Shown piece after piece: positions 35,930 to 43,235 of a stretch of 64,000 bases of DNA. The notes beneath the pieces were generated by a model that saw only the letters and a program-made list of their open reading frames with translations, was not told the DNA's origin and ran no database searches. This stretch comes from a bacterium. Its GTDB lineage: Bacteria > Auribacterota > UBA3054. How positions within the stretch are numbered: position 1 is the first letter of the stretch; every line of letters begins with the position of its first letter. Location: contig JAFZXZ010000022.1 of assembly GCA_017616555.1 (NCBI GenBank), forward strand, positions 16 to 64,015, given 5' to 3'. Made by a program: the position numbers and the translations under genes.

Positions 35930-37552
35930 ATGAAAAAAAATCTCCTTTATCTCTTTCTTGTATCCCTCGCCCTGACGACCGCCGTCGCTTTCGCCGACGA
36001 GGAATTTGACGACGAGGACGTCCAGTTTGACGAAGAAGGCAACGCTATTGAGGAAGTCGTGGAAGACGATTCCGAATCCGATGACGCCGCCCCGGCCGTC
36101 CAGTCCAAAGCCGCGGAAGCCGCTTCCGAAGCGCTTGACGAAGAAGCTAAGAAAGAACTGACCGAGAACGCCAAGGAAGGCGCCGGCGCCCTTTCCCAGG
36201 CCGACGCCGACAAAGCCACCGAAGGCCCCCAGTTCACCTGCCCGAAATGGAGCGACTACCTCAGCAGGCTGAACGCCAAGGCCGGCAGCGACCGCGGCGC
36301 CCGCTCTTACTGCAACAAGATCAGCATTACGGATGACAAAGGCATTCAGAGGACCTACACCGCTTTCCGTCAGAACGACGTCAAGATGCTGAAGCTCGGC
36401 GACAGCAACCATGCCTCCAGATTGAAAAGCGCCCTGAAGGGACAGAAACTGGCCGTGGCCGAAAGCACCCGTTTCGTGGCCGTCTATCCCAAGACTTGCA
36501 AAGCCCCCAAGGGCGGCAAAACGACTGAAATTGACACCGCGGAATTCTACGGCATTGACCAGATCCTCTCCGCCGGCGACGCCGCTTTCGACAAAGCGAC
36601 AGAGACGCTCGTCATGACCGATTTCATCAACTGGCTGAACAAACTGAGAGGCAAAGTTTACTTCGTCACGAGAAGCGAAGACTGGACCATGCTGAAAGGC
36701 ACAGGCCTCAGGAACTCCCCGGTTCAGACTGTTTACACCGCCAAGGGCTACAGGGAATTCTATGTTTACCTGACGCCTATCAACAAAGACTGGAACGCGG
36801 AAGCCTTCGCTTACGCCGTGGCTGCGGCCGTCCTCGACGAATTCCTCTCCATCACCAATTCGAAAGGCTCTGTCAACGAATTCCTGACCGTCGGTTTCGC
36901 CGCCTATTGCAGCGATCTTACTTCCGTTATCACGGAAGGCGGACCTGTCCAGCTCAAGACTTTCCAGAATAAGCCTGTCACTTTTGACATGCTCCAGAAG
37001 ATGAAGTCCGGCGCCCTGCCCTTCAAATCGCTGCCGCTCGACAAGACCGCCATCATAAACATCGACCAGTTCGTCAAAAACGGCGCCCCCACAGACAACT
37101 ACAAGCTTTACTACTTCCTGCGTCAGTCCGAGGCAATCTACGAATATCTCTCCATCAGGGACGCTCTGCCTTTGGTTTACCTTATGCGCAAAAGTAGAGA
37201 GCAGAACCGCAACTTTGACAAGGACTACGACAACTACTTCGCCAGTTTGCACCGCGACTCCTTCATGGGCAAGAAGACCGAACCTAAAAAGGATGACAAG
37301 AAAGACAAGAAGGACAAGGATAAAAAGGACAAGAAGGAAGGCGATACCGAGGAAGGCGGAGATGATGCCGAGGCCGAGGACATCGGCAGCAATTACAAAA
37401 CTTTCCGCAACCGCATCCCGTATCTTGTCTTCAACACTCTGACCGCCGACTCCGTCGCCAACGACATCGAGGAACAGAAGAAGGCCAAGGCTCAGAAAGG
37501 CAAAGAGCCCTCAAAAGATCAGAAGAACCAGAAAAAATCTAAAAAAGACTAA
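35930..37552 (+). CDS. secreted protein of unknown function with a D/K-rich tail (paralog b)
   Basis: Signal peptide MKKNLLYLFLVSLALTTAVAFA and an acidic N-terminal stretch. Shared blocks with paralog a (KVYFVTRSEDW vs ARIFVIPNQAMW; YYFLRQSEAIYEYL vs YYFLRESRGVVEKL). KKDDKKDKKDKDKKDKK tail. Confidence 0.7.
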   Translation: MKKNLLYLFLVSLALTTAVAFADEEFDDEDVQFDEEGNAIEEVVEDDSESDDAAPAVQSKAAEAASEALDEEAKKELTENAKEGAGALSQADADKATEGPQFTCPKWSDYLSRLNAKAGSDRGARSYCNKISITDDKGIQRTYTAFRQNDVKMLKLGDSNHASRLKSALKGQKLAVAESTRFVAVYPKTCKAPKGGKTTEIDTAEFYGIDQILSAGDAAFDKATETLVMTDFINWLNKLRGKVYFVTRSEDWTMLKGTGLRNSPVQTVYTAKGYREFYVYLTPINKDWNAEAFAYAVAAAVLDEFLSITNSKGSVNEFLTVGFAAYCSDLTSVITEGGPVQLKTFQNKPVTFDMLQKMKSGALPFKSLPLDKTAIINIDQFVKNGAPTDNYKLYYFLRQSEAIYEYLSIRDALPLVYLMRKSREQNRNFDKDYDNYFASLHRDSFMGKKTEPKKDDKKDKKDKDKKDKKEGDTEEGGDDAEAEDIGSNYKTFRNRIPYLVFNTLTADSVANDIEEQKKAKAQKGKEPSKDQKNQKKSKKD

Positions 37553-37577
37553 GAACTAACTAAGGAAGACGAACGTA

Positions 37578-38675
37578 ATGAAAAAAGTTTTTCTGATAGT
37601 TGTGCTTTTAGGCATCGCCGGCACCGTCGCCATTCTTTTGGCGACCGGGAGGCCCATAGAGGAAAAATTGGCGGAAGCTGAAAAAGCGCTTCAGGAAAAG
37701 CGCTACAGCGACGCTCTTCCCGTCTTTAAGAAGGCCGTTCGCAAATACGACAAGAACCAGGCCTCCAAAGCCGACGCCCTTTACAAACAGGCGCTCTGCG
37801 AGACCGCTCTCGGCAAAAGCAACGAGGACACCTGGAGAAAAGTCCTTGAGAACCACTCCAATCCTGAGATCCAGGCCCGAGCCGAATACGAGCTCATAGC
37901 TTTCGCAAGCGACAAGGAAGCCGCGAAGGCAGCCTTCCTGGAAAAATATCCCAAGAACGATGCTTCCAGAACTTTCCTCGTGGAAGAGCTGAAAGCCGCG
38001 AATACAAAAGGCGACCAGAAGAAGGCCGACTCCACCCGCCAGGCCCTGATCGACGCGTTCCCGGAAAGCGCCGAAGCCAAGCAGGCGGAAGCCTACATCG
38101 GCGACCGCAACCTGGCCGAACTATTCGAGGCAAGGCTTGATTTCATTACGAACCACGTTGTCCATTCCGGCGAAGTCTTGAACGTCATCGCCAGGAAATA
38201 CAAAACGACCTCCGACTCCATTCTCTTCGTCAACAGGATGAATTCAGACCGCATCAGGATCAACCAGAGGCTGAGGATCGACCTTTCGAATTACCTCATC
38301 GACGTTTCGATCCCCGAGTTCAAGATGCGGCTTTACAGGATCTGGAACGGACAGACCAATTTCTTCAAGAGCTATGCCGTCGGCACCGGCAAGAACGACA
38401 ATACGCCCAGGGGCGACTTCATCATCAATTTGAAGCAGAAGGAACCCATCTGGTACAAGGACAATAGTAAGCCCATCCCTTACGGCGATCCCGAAAACGC
38501 CCTGGGCACCCGCTGGATGGCCATCAGCTCCCCGGGCTTCGGCATCCACGGCACCTGGGAGCCCGACACGGTCGGCAAAGCCAGTAGCGCCGGTTGCGTG
38601 AGAATGAAAAACGAAGACGTTGAGGAACTCTACTCCCTCGTCAAAGAAGGCACCGTTGTCCACATCCACGACTGA
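37578..38675 (+). CDS. L,D-transpeptidase (YkuD) with N-terminal helical/TPR-like region and LysM
   Basis: LysM: HVVHSGEVLNVIARKYKTTSDSILFVNRM. YkuD catalytic motif: GIHGTWEPDTVGKASSAGCVRM. Confidence 0.85.
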   Translation: MKKVFLIVVLLGIAGTVAILLATGRPIEEKLAEAEKALQEKRYSDALPVFKKAVRKYDKNQASKADALYKQALCETALGKSNEDTWRKVLENHSNPEIQARAEYELIAFASDKEAAKAAFLEKYPKNDASRTFLVEELKAANTKGDQKKADSTRQALIDAFPESAEAKQAEAYIGDRNLAELFEARLDFITNHVVHSGEVLNVIARKYKTTSDSILFVNRMNSDRIRINQRLRIDLSNYLIDVSIPEFKMRLYRIWNGQTNFFKSYAVGTGKNDNTPRGDFIINLKQKEPIWYKDNSKPIPYGDPENALGTRWMAISSPGFGIHGTWEPDTVGKASSAGCVRMKNEDVEELYSLVKEGTVVHIHD

Positions 38676-38677
38676 TC

Positions 38678-39631
38678 ATGCTCTATTACGATTTTGAAAA
38701 GCCGATAATCGAGCTTGAGAAGAATATCGAGGAGCTGAAGCGCTATTCCCTTGAAGTCAAGGTCGACGCTTCCGCCGAGATCGAAGGCTTGATCAAAAAG
38801 AGAGACGCGCTCTGCTCCGAAGTCTATTCCAAGCTGACGCCTTATGAGATCGTCCAGATCGCCAGGCATCCCCAGCGCCCCTACACGCTGGATTACGTTG
38901 CCCTTGCCTGCGAGGATTTTCAGGAGCTGCACGGCGACAGGCGCTTCAAGGACGACGAGGCTATGGTGGGCGGTTTCGCGACCATGGGCGGCAGGAAGAT
39001 GATGCTTATTGGCCAGCAGAAAGGCCGTTCCGCCAAGGAAAACATCCAGCGCAATTTCGGCATGGCGCATCCCGAGGGCTACCGCAAGGCCATGAGATTG
39101 ATGGAAATGGCGGACCGTTTCGGCCTTCCTATAGTCACTTTGATCGACACGGCCGGCGCTTATCCCGGCATCGGCGCCGAGGAGCGCGGCCAGGCTGAGG
39201 CCATCGCCGAAAACCTCCGCGACATGATGGATCTCTCCGTCCCCATAGTCTCCGTAGTCATAGGCGAAGGCGGCAGCGGCGGCGCCATCGGCATCGGCGT
39301 CTGCAACCGCCTCCTGGCGCTCTCCTACTCTTACTACTCCGTCATTTCCCCGGAAGGCTGCGCAGCCATCCTTTTCCACGACGCCAAGCGCGCCGCTGAC
39401 GCGGCCAGCGCCCTGCGCCTCACCGCCAAAGATCTCAAAAAGCTCGGCATCGCCGACGAAGTGATAGAAGAGCCGGTTGGCGGCGCGCACAGGGACCACA
39501 AGGCTATGGCGGCCTCTTTGAAAGAAGCCGTTTTAAGACATATCGACGAACTCAGCAAACTTTCCCCCGAGGAATTAAAAGAACAGCGCTATCAGAAATT
39601 CCGCCAGGTCGGATGCCTTCAGGAGCTATAA
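38678..39631 (+). CDS. accA: acetyl-CoA carboxylase carboxyltransferase alpha subunit
   Basis: IARHPQRPYTLDY...TLIDTAGAYPGIGAEERGQAEAIA...IGEGGSGGAIGIGV. Confidence 0.9.
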   Translation: MLYYDFEKPIIELEKNIEELKRYSLEVKVDASAEIEGLIKKRDALCSEVYSKLTPYEIVQIARHPQRPYTLDYVALACEDFQELHGDRRFKDDEAMVGGFATMGGRKMMLIGQQKGRSAKENIQRNFGMAHPEGYRKAMRLMEMADRFGLPIVTLIDTAGAYPGIGAEERGQAEAIAENLRDMMDLSVPIVSVVIGEGGSGGAIGIGVCNRLLALSYSYYSVISPEGCAAILFHDAKRAADAASALRLTAKDLKKLGIADEVIEEPVGGAHRDHKAMAASLKEAVLRHIDELSKLSPEELKEQRYQKFRQVGCLQEL

Positions 39632-39634
39632 GAC

Positions 39635-42115
39635 ATGATATCTGTGCGAGGGGCGCGCGAACATAACCTGAGGAATATCAGCGTCGATATACCGCACAAT
39701 TCCCTCACGGTGATCACAGGACTTTCCGGCTCAGGAAAGTCTTCTTTGGCTCTGGACACGCTTTTTGCTGAAGGACAACGGCGTTTCATGGAGAGCTTAT
39801 CCAGCTACGCCAGGCAGTTTCTCGGCATCCTGCAGAAGCCGAAAGTTGACCGCATCATAGGCCTCTCCCCAGCCATCGCCATCCAGCAGAGGATGGGCAA
39901 CACGAGCCTGCGCTCCACCGTCGGCACGGCCACAGAGATCCACGACTACTTAAGAGTGCTTTTTTCGCAGCTGGGCGTCCCCCACTGTCCGAAATGCGGC
40001 GCCGCCATCACTCCCCAGACTCCTGAGGAGATAATAGAGGCGATCCTTTCATTGCCACAGGGCGAGAAGATCGAGATCCTCTCCCCTCTCGTCAGGGGTA
40101 AGAAGGGCGAACACAAGGAACTCTTGGCCAAAGCCAGGAGAGAAGGTTTCCAGAGAGTCAGGATCGACGACGCGGAATATCTTTTGGACGAAGCGCCAGC
40201 TTTGGCGCGCTACAATCTTCACACTATCGAGGTCGTGGTTGACCGCCTGATCGTTCGGCCGGATATCCGGCGCCGCCTTGCGGACTCCGTTGAGACCGCC
40301 CTGAAGCTCGGCGAAAATTCCCTCGTCGTGCACAAACTGAATGGCGGCGACCTTTTCTTCTCAGGAAACTACGCCTGCCCCAATTGCCGCGACGGCGAAG
40401 AGCTTCCCAAAATGGAGCCGAGGCTCTTCTCTTTCAACAGCCCCTACGGCTTCTGTCCGACCTGCTTCGGGCTTGGCGTAATGTATTTCGACATGAACCA
40501 AACCTGCCCGGAATGTCACGGCGAAAGATTGAACGCCTACAGCCGCGCCGTCACTTTGAACGGCAAGACCATCGTTGACATAGGGAAGATGCCTTTGACC
40601 GAAGCCGCCGATTTTTTCAGCGATCTCACTAATTCTTTGAAGGGCGAAAAGAAAGAGATCTCCCGCGACATCCTGAGGGAAGTGAACAACCGCCTCGGTT
40701 TCCTGAAGACGGTGGGCTTAGGCTACCTCAATCTCTCCCGCAACTCCATTACTCTCTCGGGAGGCGAAGCGCAGAGAATAAGACTCTCCTCACAAATCGG
40801 CACGGGCCTTACCGGCGTGATGTACGTTCTGGACGAACCGACGATCGGACTTCACCCGAGGGACAATCAGAAACTCCTGGACGCCCTGAAGCAGCTTAGA
40901 GACCTCAACAATACGGTGGTGGTGGTCGAGCACGACGCGGAGGTCATAAGCAGCGCCGATTACGTTATAGATATGGGGCCCGGCGCCGGCAAATTAGGCG
41001 GCAACGTCATCTTCCAGGGACCTTACAAGAAGCTTCTGAAGTGCAAGGAATCCCTCACCGCCGATTATATGAGCGGAAAGCGGGCGATCGCGACCCCGCA
41101 TTACCGCCCGGTTGGCCCTAAAACGCCCTCTCTTACGCTAAAAGGGGCCTCTCACAACAATCTAAAGAACTTAACCGTGCGCTTCCCCTTAGGCCGCTTA
41201 ATTTGCGTCACAGGCGTTTCCGGCTCGGGCAAATCCTCCCTCATCACCGACACGCTGCTTCCGGCTCTTAGGAAGCACTATCACAAGGCCAACGTCACGC
41301 CCGGCGCCTTCAAGGAAATAGAAGGGCTTAAAAACCTCGACAAAGTCATCCTGGTGGACCAGTCCCCGCTCGGCCGCACGCCCCGCTCGAACCCCGCGAC
41401 CTATACGGAGGCCTTCACCCACATCAGGAATCTCTTCGCCCAGGTCCCGGAAGCTAAGCTCAGAGGCTACAAGCCCGGACGCTTCTCCTTCAACGTCAAA
41501 GGCGGCCGCTGCGAGGAGTGCGAAGGCTCGGGCGTAAAGCGAGTCGAGATGCATTTCCTGCCCGACGTCTTCGTCACGTGTGACAAATGCGAGGGGAAAC
41601 GCTATAATAAAGAAACGCTGGAAATTAAATATCGCGGGAAAAGCATTGCTGACGTACTTGACATGCCCCTTTCCGAAGCGAAGGAGTTCTTCAAGCATCA
41701 CAAGGTGCTCTACCGCATATTGGACACGATTTCCGAAGTAGGCTTGGACTACATCACTCTGGGCCAGCACGCCACCACTTTGTCAGGCGGCGAAGCCCAG
41801 AGGGTGAAGCTTTCCTACGAGCTCGCGAAGATGGACACCGGCAGGACGCTCTACGTCCTCGACGAACCGACGACCGGTCTCCATTTCGCGGACGTCGAGC
41901 GTCTTTTGCAAGTTTTGCAGAAACTTGTCGATGCCGGCAACACCGTCATCGTAATAGAACATAACCTTGATTTTATCAAGTGCGCCGATTACATCATCGA
42001 TCTCGGCCCCGACGGCGGAGCGGCGGGAGGGCAACTCCTCTCCTGCGGAACCCCAACGGAAGTGGCCAACGATCCTATGAGCGTGACCGGCCGCTTTTTG
42101 AGGAGTAAACTATGA
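39635..42115 (+). CDS. uvrA: excinuclease ABC subunit A homologue lacking the insertion domain (826 aa)
   Basis: Two ABC modules (GLSGSGKSSL, GVSGSGKSSL; LSGGEAQRIRL, LSGGEAQRVKL) and Zn modules. The UvrB-binding-region homologue is present (LPQGEKIEILSPLVRGKKGEH...HTIEVVVDRL). About 110 aa are missing between CPTCFGLGV and CPECHGERL. Confidence 0.85.
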   Translation: MISVRGAREHNLRNISVDIPHNSLTVITGLSGSGKSSLALDTLFAEGQRRFMESLSSYARQFLGILQKPKVDRIIGLSPAIAIQQRMGNTSLRSTVGTATEIHDYLRVLFSQLGVPHCPKCGAAITPQTPEEIIEAILSLPQGEKIEILSPLVRGKKGEHKELLAKARREGFQRVRIDDAEYLLDEAPALARYNLHTIEVVVDRLIVRPDIRRRLADSVETALKLGENSLVVHKLNGGDLFFSGNYACPNCRDGEELPKMEPRLFSFNSPYGFCPTCFGLGVMYFDMNQTCPECHGERLNAYSRAVTLNGKTIVDIGKMPLTEAADFFSDLTNSLKGEKKEISRDILREVNNRLGFLKTVGLGYLNLSRNSITLSGGEAQRIRLSSQIGTGLTGVMYVLDEPTIGLHPRDNQKLLDALKQLRDLNNTVVVVEHDAEVISSADYVIDMGPGAGKLGGNVIFQGPYKKLLKCKESLTADYMSGKRAIATPHYRPVGPKTPSLTLKGASHNNLKNLTVRFPLGRLICVTGVSGSGKSSLITDTLLPALRKHYHKANVTPGAFKEIEGLKNLDKVILVDQSPLGRTPRSNPATYTEAFTHIRNLFAQVPEAKLRGYKPGRFSFNVKGGRCEECEGSGVKRVEMHFLPDVFVTCDKCEGKRYNKETLEIKYRGKSIADVLDMPLSEAKEFFKHHKVLYRILDTISEVGLDYITLGQHATTLSGGEAQRVKLSYELAKMDTGRTLYVLDEPTTGLHFADVERLLQVLQKLVDAGNTVIVIEHNLDFIKCADYIIDLGPDGGAAGGQLLSCGTPTEVANDPMSVTGRFLRSKL

Positions 42116-43191
42116 AAAACAGATCCTTCGGTTCCGGAATGCGCGATTCCTTCCTGAACGTCTCTGGTAAATTCCTGGGCGCTCTCGCCTCCGACATCGG
42201 CGTTGACCTCGGCACCGCCAACACGATCGTCTATGTCTCCGGCATGGGCGTCGTGGTCAACGAGCCGACCATCGTGGCCATCAACAACAAGACGGGCGAA
42301 ATAATCGCCATCGGCAAGGAAGCGCAGTGCATGCTCGGCCGCACGCCCGGCATCATCGACACCCTGCGTCCGATGAAAGACGGCGCCGTCGCGAACCCCA
42401 ACGTTACGGAAGAGATGCTCCGCACCTTCATCCGCCGCGCCCACAGCCGCCACTCCGTCGTTCCCCCGAGGATCGTCATCGCAGTCCCCTCCTCCATCAC
42501 GGAGCTTGAACGCCAGGCTGTCAAATCCGCGGCCGAACGCGCCGGCGCCAGGAAAGTCTACTGCATCGAGCAGGCCATGGCGGCCGCCATCGGTTCAGGC
42601 CTTCCGGTGCACGATCCTTCCGGCAACATGATAATCGACATCGGCGGCGGCACGACGGAAGTCGCCATCACCTCTCTTTCCGGCACGGTCTATTCCAAAT
42701 CCCTGAGAGTCGCCGGCAACGAGATGAACGACGCCATCATCCAGTACATGAAGCGCGAATACAATCTATTGATCGGCGAACAGACCGCCGAGGAACTGAA
42801 GATCGCCATCGGCTCCGCCTATCCATTGGGTGAAAACGAAATGAAGAAGGAAGTCCGAGGCCGCGACCTCAACGTCGGCCTGCCGAAGACCATCACCATT
42901 TCAAGTACTGAGATCCGCCAGGCCCTGAAAGACCCCGTTGACGCCATCGTCAACTCCGTAAGGGACGCTCTGGAACAGTGCCCGCCGGAACTCTCCGCCG
43001 ACCTTCTCGACCACGGCCTTATGCTGGCGGGCGGCGGCGCGCTCCTAAGAGGCCTCTACAAACGCATCGAGAACGAGACCGGCCTTTCAGTTTCCATCGC
43101 AGACGAGCCGCTTCTGGCCGTCGCCAAAGGCACGGGCTTCATCGTCGAAAGAGAGGACGTGCTGGAGAAACTGGCTCTCGTCAATCTCTGA
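42112..43191 (+). CDS. mreB: rod shape-determining protein MreB
   Basis: IGVDLGTANTIVYV...DIGGGTTEVA...LAGGGALLRGL. ATGA overlap with the uvrA stop. Confidence 0.9.
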   Translation: MKNRSFGSGMRDSFLNVSGKFLGALASDIGVDLGTANTIVYVSGMGVVVNEPTIVAINNKTGEIIAIGKEAQCMLGRTPGIIDTLRPMKDGAVANPNVTEEMLRTFIRRAHSRHSVVPPRIVIAVPSSITELERQAVKSAAERAGARKVYCIEQAMAAAIGSGLPVHDPSGNMIIDIGGGTTEVAITSLSGTVYSKSLRVAGNEMNDAIIQYMKREYNLLIGEQTAEELKIAIGSAYPLGENEMKKEVRGRDLNVGLPKTITISSTEIRQALKDPVDAIVNSVRDALEQCPPELSADLLDHGLMLAGGGALLRGLYKRIENETGLSVSIADEPLLAVAKGTGFIVEREDVLEKLALVNL

Positions 43192-43202
43192 TAAGCGAAG
43201 CG

Positions 43203-43235
43203 AAAAAAGGCCTCCCAAACGGGAGGCCTTTTTTT
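43203..43235. terminator. bidirectional rho-independent terminator between the convergent mreB and the 960-aa gene
   Basis: A6, ggcctccc, aaac, gggaggcc, T7. Confidence 0.8.

Noticed and set aside
35912-37252. 446-aa minus-strand ORF antisense to the 540-aa secreted-protein gene
   Set aside because: Its translation is a G/V/A/R/F-rich antisense-type sequence with no motifs. The plus-strand ORF has an RBS and a signal peptide, is co-oriented with its neighbours and has a paralog next door.
38630-39499. 289-aa minus-strand ORF antisense to accA
   Set aside because: accA is unambiguous on the plus strand.
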